63,904 nucleotides of DNA from an uncultured Gemmatimonadota bacterium (GCA_964626665.1 CAZVGK010000019.1:1-63904); one strand, 5' to 3'. Shown: positions 10,649 to 21,052, numbered from the stretch's first letter. Translations and numbers: made by a program. Notes: generated from the sequence alone by a model not told the origin.

Positions 10649-12667
10649 TTAATCCTCAGATCTCACCGTAATATACTTGGTTCGCTTCCTGAAGGGGTCA
10701 AAGGTTTTCCCCCCTCCCCGGAAAAACTTCTGGAAGAACTCCACATACTGTAACCTCAGGGTGTGCACAAAGCCACCCAGGGCATTTATGCCGATATTGA
10801 AGAGGTGGCCAAAGATCAGGATGATCACCGTAATTACTATCCCCAGGTAGGGGATACCGGAGAACATAAATGCTATGTTGTTTACGGCAATGGCAATCCC
10901 GGCGGTAACCAACCCCAGGGCCATCAGCCTGATGTAGGAGAGGATATCCCCCAGATAGGAGAAGATCCCCCCCAAGATAAAGAGGTGTAAAACACCCAAG
11001 AAAAGGCGGAAGACTATGTTCCTTTCCCCCCTCTCCGAGAAAAACACAATCAAACCAGCAACCAAAAGGATGGAAGCCTTCATGGGGAGACCCATAATCT
11101 GAGGCGAGACTAAGACCCGGGGGGCAAGGGCCAACTGGACCACCAACTGAGAGGAGAAGAGGGCCAAGAAAAGTTGGCTCAAAAAGACTATCCAGAGGGC
11201 CTGATCAAAAAAGGCATCAGCAATCCTTTTCTCCCGCAGGTTCTCATAGAGCCTGATAAAGAGGCCAAAGTAGACCTGCACTACACCTAAGAGAAGCGCT
11301 AAGCGGAAAAAGATCATCGGCTTGACCATAGGGTCAAAGGCCATCAGTGAGGCCCTAAAGTTCTCCAAAAAGGGAAGATGCAGCTTCTGGAAGAGGTCAC
11401 CAAACCATCCGCCCATCAGCGCTCCCTCAACGACGGTGAAGATGCCCCCGGCGAACATCAGCCAGAGGAACTTTCTCCCCCCGGGCATAAACCTCATCAT
11501 CACCAGGGCCAGGATGGAGAGAACTATCCCATACCCGGCATCGGTAAGGCAGAGGCCAAAGAAAACGGCAAAGAAAAAGGCCAGAAGAGGACTGGGGTCA
11601 AGCTCAAAATAGGCCGGACGACCATAAAGCTCTGTCACTATCTCAAACGGCTTAAAAATGCGACGGTTCTTCAGCTCCACCGGAGGGGACTCGCCAGGGA
11701 GAGGATCGATGGGGGCAAAGGAAAAAGCAGCGAACTCGGTTTCCAACTTCCCCTGCAGCTTTTTCAGATCCACCTTCTTTACCCATCCCTCCAACATATA
11801 TGCCTGAGATGTCTGGGCTAAGGCCCCTTCCACCTGTCTCTTGGCTAAGAGGTTAGATCGCTCATCCAAAAGGGCCATAAGCTGTGGCCTAAACTTAGCC
11901 AACCCTCCAGCTTTCACCCCTATTTGCGCTAAGCCCCTGGAGAGATCGGCCATCTGACTATGCAAATTGGTGAGGATCTCCTGAGGCTTACCTTTAAGGC
12001 CCGGGAAGGTTACCCCACTCCATTCGTTTCCCTTGAGCATCTCTGCCACCTGGGATTCCTCCTCCTGGAGATAAACCAAAAGGAAGTAATCTAAGTTTCC
12101 ATCGGTGCCCACAAGCTCTAAATAAAACCTTTCCGTAATTTCAGCAAGGGATGATTCCAGCTTGGGCAGCCCATCCTTGGGAAGGGTTCCCAACGAGACA
12201 ATAGTCTGAGAGGTGGGCTGCACCTCCTCCAGGGGGATATCCAAGCCAACCCAGGGCAGAAGTTGCTCCCCCAGCCCCCTGGCCTTAGCGAGCTGGGAAC
12301 CCAATTGTGACCGCTCCCTCTCCAGTTCTCTGCACCTTTTGACTATCCCCTTCCAGTCAAATTTTTGAACAGTCTTGGCAAACTCCTCAGGGGTAAAGGA
12401 GAACTTCCCCCCAAACCCAGAGAGGAACCCCTCCTTCTTCTCAAACCCCTTGAGAAAATCCGCGGCAAACCTCAGATCGGAAAACTCAGATTCCACTTCC
12501 GGGGAGGCAATCTCCTGGGGGAGAAACTGGGCATATTCTTCCCCTTCATAGCTCTCCTTAAAGGATACCACCTCCAAAAGCCCTAAATCCTGCAGGCTCT
12601 CTAAGAGGTCCTCTTTTAAGGAGCTGTGAAAGAGAACCCTTACCTTCTGCATCCTGGCAATGCCCAT
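10649..12667 (-). CDS. ntpI: V/A-type ATP synthase subunit I
   Basis: 672 aa. DAGYG, DILSYIRLMALGL, HTLRLQYVEFF. Confidence 0.96.
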   Translation of the reverse strand: MGIARMQKVRVLFHSSLKEDLLESLQDLGLLEVVSFKESYEGEEYAQFLPQEIASPEVESEFSDLRFAADFLKGFEKKEGFLSGFGGKFSFTPEEFAKTVQKFDWKGIVKRCRELERERSQLGSQLAKARGLGEQLLPWVGLDIPLEEVQPTSQTIVSLGTLPKDGLPKLESSLAEITERFYLELVGTDGNLDYFLLVYLQEEESQVAEMLKGNEWSGVTFPGLKGKPQEILTNLHSQMADLSRGLAQIGVKAGGLAKFRPQLMALLDERSNLLAKRQVEGALAQTSQAYMLEGWVKKVDLKKLQGKLETEFAAFSFAPIDPLPGESPPVELKNRRIFKPFEIVTELYGRPAYFELDPSPLLAFFFAVFFGLCLTDAGYGIVLSILALVMMRFMPGGRKFLWLMFAGGIFTVVEGALMGGWFGDLFQKLHLPFLENFRASLMAFDPMVKPMIFFRLALLLGVVQVYFGLFIRLYENLREKRIADAFFDQALWIVFLSQLFLALFSSQLVVQLALAPRVLVSPQIMGLPMKASILLVAGLIVFFSERGERNIVFRLFLGVLHLFILGGIFSYLGDILSYIRLMALGLVTAGIAIAVNNIAFMFSGIPYLGIVITVIILIFGHLFNIGINALGGFVHTLRLQYVEFFQKFFRGGGKTFDPFRKRTKYITVRSED

Positions 12668-12978
12668 CAGCCAAAAACCCTTTCTAGGACCAGCTTCACT
12701 GCTTCATCCAGCCTTTTATTGGCCCGCGACCTCAACTCCTCCCTGGCTTTATCCCCTTTCTCCCGCAACCCCTTGGCCTCCCTCTCCCCATCCCCCCTCC
12801 CCTCTTGGGCCCCCTTCTCCTTTATCTCCTCTCCCTCCCTTTGGGCCCCCTCAACCAGGGCAATGGCCTTCTCCTCCGCCTCCTCACCCATCTGCAGGCC
12901 CCTGGCCTTAGCCCTCTTTACCTGCTCCTTTGCCTTCTCTTCTGCCTTCCTTATCTCTTGCAATACCTTCTGGGCCAA
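12667..12978 (-). CDS. V/A-type ATP synthase peripheral stalk subunit G/H
   Basis: 103 aa E/K/A-rich coiled coil (LQEIRKAEEKA...EAVKLVLERV); first gene of the operon. Confidence 0.8.
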   Translation of the reverse strand: MAQKVLQEIRKAEEKAKEQVKRAKARGLQMGEEAEEKAIALVEGAQREGEEIKEKGAQEGRGDGEREAKGLREKGDKAREELRSRANKRLDEAVKLVLERVFG

Positions 12979-13357
12979 CTTTCTCCTCCCTGGGGCGAAG
13001 GGAAACCCTTCCCCCCTTCATTAGGGACTGACCATCAAAGACAGCACCCTCCTCTATTATCAGGCTCTTGGTGATAACATCCCCCTCCACCACGGCCTTG
13101 GCACCCAGCTCCACCCTCTCAGAGGCCTTCAAGTTCCCCTTTACCCTCCCCCCAATTATGGCCCTTTTCACCTCCACATCGGCCTCCAACACCCCATTGG
13201 GCCCCAGGGTAAGGGTATCGGTTACATAGACCTTCCCCTTAATCTTCCCATCTACCCTGGCGCTGCTTTCCACCCGAAGGGTCCCCTCCACCACTGAGCC
13301 TTTCCCAATTAATGTGTTGATCTTCCCCCCCCCTGAGTCTGGCTTGTGATTAAACAT
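12908..13357 (-). CDS. Bactofilin (polymer-forming cytoskeletal protein)
   Basis: NTLIGKG..VEG.L...VDG.I.G...IEEGAVFDG beta-helix signature. Confidence 0.9.
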   Translation of the reverse strand: MFNHKPDSGGGKINTLIGKGSVVEGTLRVESSARVDGKIKGKVYVTDTLTLGPNGVLEADVEVKRAIIGGRVKGNLKASERVELGAKAVVEGDVITKSLIIEEGAVFDGQSLMKGGRVSLRPREEKVGPEGIARDKEGRREGKGAGKEG

Positions 13358-13378
13358 CCTCCCTCCTCATCTAACAAT

Positions 13379-13499
13379 AGCTCACCACAGATAACCAGGG
13401 ACTGACATAGAAAAACAGAGGTCAGCAATAGCCCATATAAGCCTCATTCTTAATTCTCAATTCTTAATTGCTTCTTTCCGTGAGACTCCGTAGTGAGCT
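13379..13499. mobile_element. MITE-like element, copy 2
   Basis: TIRs AGCTCACCACAG/CCGTAGTGAGCT; reverse-complement homology to 10252-10400. Confidence 0.6.
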
Positions 13500-13505
13500 G
13501 TGACT

Positions 13506-14198
13506 TCATCTGATCAGCAACTCCCGCGGGTCAACCTCTACCCCATTCCTCCTCACCCCATAGTAAAGGTAAGGGGAAGGACCTCCTCCAGAGAGGGCAA
13601 TTACGGCTCCCCTCTTTACCCTCTCCCCCACAGGGGCAAGAATGGCTGAGTTGTGACCATAAACCGTTAAATAACCATTATGATGATCAATGATCAGGGC
13701 CTTCCCCAAATCCTTCTTCCAGCCAGCAAAGCTTATTACCCCATCCCCTGTGGATCTCACTGGGCTTCCTTGCTGGGCAAATATCTTCAACCCCACCTGG
13801 CCAGGTTTAGTGGTGATCCATCCCTCCACTGGCCAGACCAGAGGAAGATTGGCCAAAGGGCGACTATCCCCAAGGGGAAGGAGATCTGGCACGGGCGGGA
13901 CGGGATAGCCCAAGAGAAGGGAGAGCCTGTTGCGGTAGAGGGTAACATCCCTCAGGTTCTTCTCTATGAGGTTAACCCTCTCCAAGGTGGCTCTTAATCT
14001 CCTATTCTCTGCCAGCACCTCCTTGAGCCTCTCTGATCTGGCCCGCAGGCGGTCCCAACTAAGGCTAACCCCCACAAGGAGAACCAGGACGATCGCCCCC
14101 AAAACCAGCAGGGTCCAAATAATCCATCGCCCCATCTTAAACATAATGACCCGGGAGCCATCGGAGGGCAGAATCATAATGGAGTAACTTCCCCTCAT
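13506..14198 (-). CDS. M23/LytM-domain membrane protein, probably catalytically inactive
   Basis: N-terminal TM, coiled coil, M23 fold (WPVEGWIT, HHNGYLTVYGH). HxxxD and HxH zinc ligands are replaced. Confidence 0.85.
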   Translation of the reverse strand: MRGSYSIMILPSDGSRVIMFKMGRWIIWTLLVLGAIVLVLLVGVSLSWDRLRARSERLKEVLAENRRLRATLERVNLIEKNLRDVTLYRNRLSLLLGYPVPPVPDLLPLGDSRPLANLPLVWPVEGWITTKPGQVGLKIFAQQGSPVRSTGDGVISFAGWKKDLGKALIIDHHNGYLTVYGHNSAILAPVGERVKRGAVIALSGGGPSPYLYYGVRRNGVEVDPRELLIR

Positions 14199-15040
14199 AG
14201 CTCTCCGGGGCTAAGCCCCAAAACCTCTAATATCCTCTCCAAATCCTCCCGGGAGTAAAACTCGATCTCAATCCTCCCCTTGCCTTTGCCCTGGATGATC
14301 CTCACCCCCGTGCCAAAATACTCCCGCAACCTGCCCTCTATGGCCCGGATCTCCTCCGCTCCCCTTCCCCCCCTCACCCTCCTTTTGGGCTTAACCATTC
14401 TCTCCACCCGGCGGACCGTGACCTTTTCCTGCACAATCCTTCTGGCCAATTCCACCTGCTTCTCCTCACTAGCCAATCCCAAGAGAGGACGAGCCTGCCC
14501 AGAGGTCAATTTCCCTTGAACAAGCCAGTCGCGCACCGCAGGGGGAAGCTTCAACAGCCTAAGTGAGTTGGCCACAGAGGAACGATCCTTGCTTACCCTC
14601 TCCGATATCTGAGCCTGCGTCAGTCCCCTCTCATCCATAAGCCTCTGGTAGGCCTGGGCCTCTTCAATCGGGTTTAGGTCCTTCCTCTGCAGGTTTTCCA
14701 CCAAGGCAAGCTCCAGCAGCTCCCCGGGCGAATCCAACTCCACCAAAAGGGCGGGGATATGGCTTAAACCGGCCAACTTGGCGGCCCGCAACCTCCTCTC
14801 CCCGACCACCAACTGATAGCCGCCACCCTCCCGGCACACCACTATGGGCTGCAGGATACCCTTCTCCCGGACGGAGGCCACCAACCCATCCATATCATCT
14901 CCGAAATCAACCCTGGGTTGATAGGGATTGGGAGTGATCTGGGAGGTATCCACCTCTATCAGCTCAGCCTCACCCTCCCTGAGTGGAGGATAACTGGAGA
15001 TGAGGGCCTCCAACCCTCTTCCCAAAGCTTTCCTGGCCAC
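14195..15040 (-). CDS. parB: Chromosome partitioning protein ParB/Spo0J
   Basis: [37 protein letters not shown]. Confidence 0.96.
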   Translation of the reverse strand: MARKALGRGLEALISSYPPLREGEAELIEVDTSQITPNPYQPRVDFGDDMDGLVASVREKGILQPIVVCREGGGYQLVVGERRLRAAKLAGLSHIPALLVELDSPGELLELALVENLQRKDLNPIEEAQAYQRLMDERGLTQAQISERVSKDRSSVANSLRLLKLPPAVRDWLVQGKLTSGQARPLLGLASEEKQVELARRIVQEKVTVRRVERMVKPKRRVRGGRGAEEIRAIEGRLREYFGTGVRIIQGKGKGRIEIEFYSREDLERILEVLGLSPGEL

Positions 15041-15794
15041 CGTTGATTACCTCCTTGGCCAAAAGCATATAGTTTTTTGCCCCTGATGAGGATATATCGT
15101 AAAGGATAATAGGCTTGCCAAAGCTTGGGGCCTCGCTTAACCTCACATTTCGGCTAATAACGGTGCGATAAACCCTTGAACCAAAGTAGCTTCTTGCCTC
15201 TTGGGCCACCTGTTTGGAGAGGTTGAGCCTCACATCGAACATAGTTAAAAGGACCCCCTCCAACCGCAGACCTGGGTTGAGGTATCTCTGCACCAACCTA
15301 ATGGTATTGAGGAGTTGCCCCAACCCCTCCAAGGCATAATATTCACACTGAATGGGGATGAGGAGAGAATCGGCCGCGGTGAGGGCATTCAGGGTAAGCA
15401 GACCCAAAGACGGCGGAGAGTCGATGATAATGAAATCATAGTCCCTCCTGATCCCCGCAATCGATCCCATCAGCTTCTTCTCCCGGGCAATGGCATTCAC
15501 CAACTCCACCTCAGCCCCCACCAACCTTATATGGGAGGGAAGCAGCTCCAAGAACTCCAGATCTGTCCCCCGTACCGCCTCGTCCACGGACCTGGACTCC
15601 GTGAGCACCTCATAGACAGAGGAATCCTCCTTACCTATCTTCAAACCCAAACCGCTGGTGGCGTTGGACTGGGGATCCATATCAATCAGCAGGGTCCTCC
15701 TCTCTGCGGCCGCCAGGCAAGCGGAGAGGTTAACTGCCGTGGTGGTCTTCCCCACCCCTCCCTTCTGATTAGCTATGGCTATAACCCTTCCCAC
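14970..15794 (-). CDS. parA: Chromosome partitioning ATPase ParA/Soj
   Basis: [33 protein letters not shown]. Confidence 0.97.
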   Translation of the reverse strand: MGRVIAIANQKGGVGKTTTAVNLSACLAAAERRTLLIDMDPQSNATSGLGLKIGKEDSSVYEVLTESRSVDEAVRGTDLEFLELLPSHIRLVGAEVELVNAIAREKKLMGSIAGIRRDYDFIIIDSPPSLGLLTLNALTAADSLLIPIQCEYYALEGLGQLLNTIRLVQRYLNPGLRLEGVLLTMFDVRLNLSKQVAQEARSYFGSRVYRTVISRNVRLSEAPSFGKPIILYDISSSGAKNYMLLAKEVINGGQESFGKRVGGPHLQLSSTQGG

Positions 15795-15874
15795 TCAGCC
15801 TCCCCATACTACTACCCTCTGTTAATGCTGTTAATAAATTTTTAAAACCCAGCAAACCAACCCCAAAAACTGCC

Positions 15875-16495
15875 CTATTCCTTAACAAACAAGGAGAACT
15901 GCAACCTCCTCTGGAAAACCCCAATATCCAACTCCTCCCCCCCCCACCCTTTACCCACCCTCCCAAAGCTAAGCAGCCTTCCCCCCTTACGGAGCAGGGA
16001 GAAGGAAAGGGGGAGAAGCTCATCGATCCTTAAAGCAGCCCGGGAGAGGATCAGGCCCCAATGACTCCCCCCAAGCTCCTCTCCCCTTTTCCAAAGCACC
16101 TCTATCTGCGATAAACGGAGAAGGTCAACGACCTTTTGGAGAAAGAGGGCCTTCTTCCTGGTGGACTCGGCCAAGGAGAGGAGAAGGTCAGGTCTCACGA
16201 TCTTCAAGGGAAGGCCAGGAAAACCGGCCCCAGAACCCAGATCAAGCACTTTCTCCCCTTCCCTTATCGGAATCAATTTTAGGGGGGCCAGCGACTCCAA
16301 AAGATGCCTTTGGGCCAGTCTTCCCATATCCTTGGGGGAAACGAGATTTATCCTCTGATTCCAGAGGAGGAGATTATCTATATAGACGGAGAATTCCTCC
16401 CTCTGGACTGAGGAAAGTTCTATCCCCCAATCCCGACAGCCCCTGAGGAGGATCTCTAGCTGCTTTTGAAGGAATGTTTCACGTGAAACATTCAC
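15875..16495 (-). CDS. rsmG: 16S rRNA m7G527 methyltransferase
   Basis: WNQRINL, RHLLES, DLGSGAGFPG, SRA. Confidence 0.93.
   Translation of the reverse strand: MNVSRETFLQKQLEILLRGCRDWGIELSSVQREEFSVYIDNLLLWNQRINLVSPKDMGRLAQRHLLESLAPLKLIPIREGEKVLDLGSGAGFPGLPLKIVRPDLLLSLAESTRKKALFLQKVVDLLRLSQIEVLWKRGEELGGSHWGLILSRAALRIDELLPLSFSLLRKGGRLLSFGRVGKGWGGEELDIGVFQRRLQFSLFVKE
16475..16490. promoter_or_regulatory. parS: parS centromere site
   Basis: Exact consensus TGTTTCACGTGAAACA, extended to a 22-bp perfect palindrome (16472-16493), next to parAB. Confidence 0.93.
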
Positions 16496-17851
16496 CTATT
16501 TCCCTATACAGAAACGGGAAAATATCCCTTCCAAAATGTCCGGGGAGACCTCCGCGCCAGTCAACTCCCCAATCCCTTGCAACGTACCTCTCAGGTTTAC
16601 CACAGCCGCTTCCCCCAACCCACGCCCCAGGGCGTCTTGGGCCCTGACCAGATCCCTCCTTATCCCCTGCAGGGACCTCCAGTGCCTGAGATCGGAAAGG
16701 AGAAACTGCGAGCCATCCAGAGGCCTGGAGTCAAACAGCCTTCCCTTGATCTCCCGCCAAAGCTCCTCTATGCCCCTTCCCTCTTGGGCCGATACCTCCA
16801 CCCCCTCCCCAACCAGGCCCTGGTGAGCAACCTTCGGGGGAAGATCGATCTTGTTCTTCACCAAGATCCTCTCCTTACCCTGGGTTAGTTCCCAGATGCG
16901 GTAATCATCCTCGGAGAGAGCCTGGGATGAATCCACCAAGAAGAGGAGAAGATCGGCCTCCTTAAGCTCACTTAGGCTCCTCTGGGTGGCTGCCCTCTCC
17001 ACTGGGTTTGCTGCCTTCCCCCATCCGGCGGTATCCACCAAACAGAATGGCATCCCCTCCCTCTCTATCCGGGCCTCCAGGCTATCCCTAGTGGTCCCGG
17101 CATAAGGGGTTACTATAGCCCTATCCACACCCAAAATTCGATTAAAAAGGGTTGATTTGCCCACATTCCTCCGCCCCACAAACACCACCTTTATCCCCTT
17201 GCGCAGGGCTTTCCCCCCCCGGTAAGAGGAGATAAAGGCATCTACCTTGGCCAAAAGAGGGGGAAGGCGAGGGGTGAAATCACCTCCCCCTATACCCTCG
17301 TCAGGAAAATCCAGGTTGGCCTCAACCTCCACCAGGAGGGAGGAGATCCCCTCCCTTAGCTCCCGCAGGGAGGAGGAAAGTTCCCCCTTCAGCTGACGAG
17401 CGGCTATCCTTTGCCCCCCCAAAGTCTGCGCCTCAATAAGGTCCAGGATGGCCTCTGCTTGAGAGAGATCAATCCTCCCTCGTACAAAAGCCCGATAGGT
17501 AAACTCTCCCCTTTCAGCAGGCCTGGCTCCCAAATCCGTGACCAGGCCCAATATCCTCTTAATGAGAAATGGCCCCCCATGCGCGCTAACTTCCACCACA
17601 TCCTCCTTTGTGTAAGTGGAGGGGCCCCTCATCAAAAAGAGGAGAACTTCATCGATCTCCTCACCGCTCTTCGGGTCAACTATCCAACCATAATGAATGG
17701 TATGGCTCTGGACTTGGGAGGGGAGAACCCTCCCCCGAAAGATCTTGTCGGCAATGGGGAAGGAAAGCTCCCCGCTGAGCCTAACTATACCTATCCCCCC
17801 CACCCCCCAGGGGGTGGCCACAGCGGCAATTGTATCCTCTAAAGGTCCCAT
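16496..17851 (-). CDS. mnmE: tRNA modification GTPase MnmE
   Basis: DTIAAVAT, GEFTYRAF, GRRNVGKS, GTTRD, DTAG, C-terminal FCIGK. Confidence 0.96.
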   Translation of the reverse strand: MGPLEDTIAAVATPWGVGGIGIVRLSGELSFPIADKIFRGRVLPSQVQSHTIHYGWIVDPKSGEEIDEVLLFLMRGPSTYTKEDVVEVSAHGGPFLIKRILGLVTDLGARPAERGEFTYRAFVRGRIDLSQAEAILDLIEAQTLGGQRIAARQLKGELSSSLRELREGISSLLVEVEANLDFPDEGIGGGDFTPRLPPLLAKVDAFISSYRGGKALRKGIKVVFVGRRNVGKSTLFNRILGVDRAIVTPYAGTTRDSLEARIEREGMPFCLVDTAGWGKAANPVERAATQRSLSELKEADLLLFLVDSSQALSEDDYRIWELTQGKERILVKNKIDLPPKVAHQGLVGEGVEVSAQEGRGIEELWREIKGRLFDSRPLDGSQFLLSDLRHWRSLQGIRRDLVRAQDALGRGLGEAAVVNLRGTLQGIGELTGAEVSPDILEGIFSRFCIGK

Positions 17852-18092
17852 TAAGCCACCTTCATAAAAAGTGAGCTCTTAATAACTAACCCCAATTATT
17901 CTTGCCACAAAGCCCCCGGGACTCAAAGTGTAGATAGTATAAGGCTTAAAACAGAAGGTTAGAGGCTAATGCAGAGCGACTTAGTTTAAAAGCTGAAGTG
18001 CGCTAATTCCTTAATTTCTTAGTAGCTTTGTGCCTTCGTGGCTGAAGTCGGGCTAAGCTATCCAATTTTTCGCTTTGCAATCCGCAGCTTCG

Positions 18093-18707
18093 CTATGAGC
18101 GGGGGGAAACAACTACCCTCTTAGAATCCTCTTTCCCTATGGTGAATGTCCTTACATCTTGGTCTTTCTCTAAAGTCTTATGGATAATCCGGCGGTCGGC
18201 CGGGGGAAGGGGTTCGGTAATTACCTCGGAGAAGGTAAGCTTTGCCTGACGCGCCAACGATATCGCCTTCTGGGATAGAGTCCGTTCCCTTCTCCTTTGA
18301 TAGCCGTCAATATCCAAAAAGGCCTTCTTCTCCCGTCCTGCACGGCGCTCATAGATCCTATTTATCAAATATTGTAAGGCCTTAATTGTTCTTCCCCCTT
18401 TCCCGATAAGGAGTCCATCCTTCCCAGCGCTCTCCACATCTATATGGTAACCCTCCTCATCTTCAGATATCTCGGTCTGCACGGAGAACCCCATAAGCTT
18501 AAATATCCGATTGGTGATAGCTGAAAAACCCTCTATCCCATTGAAAAAAGAGACCTTAACCTCTGTCTTCTTCAATCCTAACTGCCCCCAAAATCCCCCT
18601 CCCCCCTCCGTTACATCAATTTTCACCTCATCCTTCGCCGCCCCCAAATCCGCCAGGGCCATATCTGTGGCCTCCTCCAAGGTTTTTGCCTTCTTTACTA
18701 CAAACAT
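18093..18707 (-). CDS. jag: Jag/KhpB (EloR) RNA-binding protein
   Basis: Jag_N (KTLEEA), KH (LIGKGGRT..ALQ) and R3H (RRIIH). The start is likely the ATG at 18707, after the yidC stop. Confidence 0.9.
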   Translation of the reverse strand: MFVVKKAKTLEEATDMALADLGAAKDEVKIDVTEGGGGFWGQLGLKKTEVKVSFFNGIEGFSAITNRIFKLMGFSVQTEISEDEEGYHIDVESAGKDGLLIGKGGRTIKALQYLINRIYERRAGREKKAFLDIDGYQRRRERTLSQKAISLARQAKLTFSEVITEPLPPADRRIIHKTLEKDQDVRTFTIGKEDSKRVVVSPRS

Positions 18708-18723
18708 AAACCTCCTTTTGAAT

Positions 18724-20319
18724 TTAGCCCTCCACCTTCTCCAGGATGTATTGTTGGCCAATGGTGAGCAAGTTAAATACAGTCCAATAGAGAACCAACC
18801 CGGCAGGGAAGGACCTAAAGAGAAAGACAAAGAGAATGGGCATTAGGTAAACCATAGCCTTCTGCTTAGGATCCTTCATTGTTTGCTTTTGCTGAATGAA
18901 CATAGTTATCCCCATAATTATGGCCAACACGGGAATCCCCTGCACCAGGTCGGGGCGGGAGAGGTCCTTTACCCAAAGGAACCTCTCCCCCCTCAATTCT
19001 ATTGTGGACCTAAAGACCTGAAATAGAGCCCAAAAGACTGGGATCTGCAACAAGAGGGGAAGACAGCCACCCAATGGATTCACCCCTTGTTCCTTGTAAA
19101 GCTTCATTAGCTCCTGGTTTAACTTCTGGGGGTTCTTCTTATACTTCTCCTTGAGGGCGGCTAACTTGGGCTGAATTTTCTGCATCTTCCTCATAGAGGA
19201 GAGGCTTTTGTAGGTTAAGGGATAAAAGAGCAACTTCATCAAAAGGGAGAAGATGATAAGAACCAACCCATACTGGGGAATAACCCCATGTAGCTTAACG
19301 AAAAACCAGAGAACCACAACGCTGATCGGCCCAATTACCTTCCCTAAAAACCCCTCACCCATCCCCACCGCCCTCTCCAATCCCACCCCATATCCTTTCA
19401 AGGCAAAATAGTCTAAGGGGCCCAAGTAGATACGGAAGGATTGCTGAAAACCCCTTCCCTCAAACTCCCTCTGCAGGGAAACCCCCATCCTCCCTCCCCC
19501 TGAGAGGCCATAACCGGAACCATTGCCCCCCAAGGGAACTCCTGCAAAGAGAAAATACTTGCTCTTTGTAGCCACCCATTGGGTCTCCCCCTCCCTAAAC
19601 GATGGCCGATTTTCCCTCTTCAGCTTCTCCTTCATCAACTCTCCTCCCCAGAGGGTATAGGAGGCAAAATCCCTTAGATCAGCCGAGCTATCCCTTTCCG
19701 TAACATTCATCCCATCCGGAAATTCCAAGAGGTAATGGTTAGCCAGGGAGTTAAGGCCAGCCGCGGTGACCTCCAAGTCGCAAGAATAGAAGTCACTGAA
19801 GAACCTAAAGGTCTTGGTCAGGCTTACCCCTTGAGAAACAAATGAAAAACTAACCTCACCTGAGGAATTGGCCTCACCAAGGATCAAGGAGTCCTGGGGA
19901 GAGGAGAATATCCAAGAGGCGGTGGGCAATTTGCCCCCGAAGGTGGAAAAGGTGATACTCAATCCCCCTTTGCTTTGCGGAGGGAGAAGCTCAACGGGGT
20001 GGCCCTGACTATCTAAATAGTCCCACAGCCGCCAGCTCTTCACCACCCCGCCCTTGGTGGAGAGAATAGCCCTATAGAGGGGGGTAACAACCTTTACCTC
20101 CTTCTCCACCCCATTGCCGGTGGGGATAACCGGGGTCGAGGGATTGTGAGGGATCCTGGGGGGGGTGGGCTGGTGCTGTGGAGTCTCTTTAACGGTTGGG
20201 GCAACCTCCCTCTGGGGAGGAGGGGTAATCTCCTTATGGGGTAAGAGGCGGATATAATAAGGATATAGGGCTAAGATAATAGCTATGATGATGAAACCAA
20301 CTAGACTTTTTTTATCCAT
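18724..20319 (-). CDS. yidC: Membrane protein insertase YidC
   Basis: Periplasmic domain, YLGP, NPLGGCLPLLLQIP, GLVLYW. Confidence 0.96.
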   Translation of the reverse strand: MDKKSLVGFIIIAIILALYPYYIRLLPHKEITPPPQREVAPTVKETPQHQPTPPRIPHNPSTPVIPTGNGVEKEVKVVTPLYRAILSTKGGVVKSWRLWDYLDSQGHPVELLPPQSKGGLSITFSTFGGKLPTASWIFSSPQDSLILGEANSSGEVSFSFVSQGVSLTKTFRFFSDFYSCDLEVTAAGLNSLANHYLLEFPDGMNVTERDSSADLRDFASYTLWGGELMKEKLKRENRPSFREGETQWVATKSKYFLFAGVPLGGNGSGYGLSGGGRMGVSLQREFEGRGFQQSFRIYLGPLDYFALKGYGVGLERAVGMGEGFLGKVIGPISVVVLWFFVKLHGVIPQYGLVLIIFSLLMKLLFYPLTYKSLSSMRKMQKIQPKLAALKEKYKKNPQKLNQELMKLYKEQGVNPLGGCLPLLLQIPVFWALFQVFRSTIELRGERFLWVKDLSRPDLVQGIPVLAIIMGITMFIQQKQTMKDPKQKAMVYLMPILFVFLFRSFPAGLVLYWTVFNLLTIGQQYILEKVEG

Positions 20320-20546
20320 TATTTAGGGGGGACGGGATCATATCCACCTGGATTAAAGGGGTTACACCTGAGGACCCTGTGGAGGCCCATCAGACCCCCC
20401 CTCCAGAGACCATATCTCCCTAAAGTCTCAATAGAATACTGGGAACAGGTGGGATAAAAACGGCAGGAAGCAGGGAAGAGAGGGGAGATAAACCTCTGGT
20501 AGAAAGTGAGAACGGCTATAACAGTTTTAACTACGATCCTCCTCAT
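20319..20546 (-). CDS. yidD: Membrane protein insertion efficiency factor YidD
   Basis: [30 protein letters not shown]. Confidence 0.95.
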   Translation of the reverse strand: MRRIVVKTVIAVLTFYQRFISPLFPASCRFYPTCSQYSIETLGRYGLWRGGLMGLHRVLRCNPFNPGGYDPVPPK

Positions 20547-20877
20547 ATTCCCTCAACTCCTCAAAGATTTCCCCAATTTCTTCCTCTAACTCTCGGAATC
20601 TGCAAGAACCAGTAGATGGTGTTGCCCTAATACAGAGAGCAACCCCTGAGGGAAGGATATGCTCCCTCTGCCAAACAACCTCCCGCAACCTTCTCTTCAC
20701 CTTGTTTCTCACGACCGCCTTACCAACCCTCTTCCCCACCAGAAAGGCAACCCCCACACCTTTCTCACCGCCTCTCAGATAGTTTATGGCAATGTGGCCG
20801 CGGCTAATCCTTCTACCCATCCTCAGGATGGATTGGATCTCCCTCTTACCCTTTATTCTCCTGTTTAAGCCGCTAAT
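20527..20877 (-). CDS. rnpA: Ribonuclease P protein component (start uncertain; first ATG at 20820)
   Basis: [18 protein letters not shown] (RNR motif). The frame is open upstream of the ATG and encodes an RnpA-like [19 protein letters not shown] at 20877. Confidence 0.85.
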   Translation of the reverse strand: MSGLNRRIKGKREIQSILRMGRRISRGHIAINYLRGGEKGVGVAFLVGKRVGKAVVRNKVKRRLREVVWQREHILPSGVALCIRATPSTGSCRFRELEEEIGEIFEELREYEEDRS

Positions 20878-20999
20878 CTCCTCCGCCCCTTGGCCCTTCT
20901 TCTCTTCAGGATTAGCCTCCCTGATCTAGTGCTCATTCTCTTGCGGAAACCGTGCTTCTTGGCTCTCTTGCGCCTGCTTGGTTGATAAGTTCTCTTCAT
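20865..20999 (-). CDS. rpmH: 50S ribosomal protein L34 (not in the ORF track)
   Basis: Manual translation: [44 protein letters not shown]. Confidence 0.97.
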   Translation of the reverse strand: MKRTYQPSRRKRAKKHGFRKRMSTRSGRLILKRRRAKGRRRLAA

Positions 21000-21024
21000 A
21001 TTACCTCAACTTTCAGTTTCTTTT

Positions 21025-21052
21025 AAGATAAAGCCCCCCCCCTGGTTGTCAA
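21025..21052 (-). promoter_or_regulatory. Putative sigma70 promoter of the rpmH operon
   Basis: TTGACA-16bp-TATCTT; the spacer contains G9. Confidence 0.55.

Noticed and set aside
20865-21010. Thermus-type rnpA starting upstream of rpmH
   Set aside because: A TAG in the rnpA frame within rpmH blocks a full overlap.
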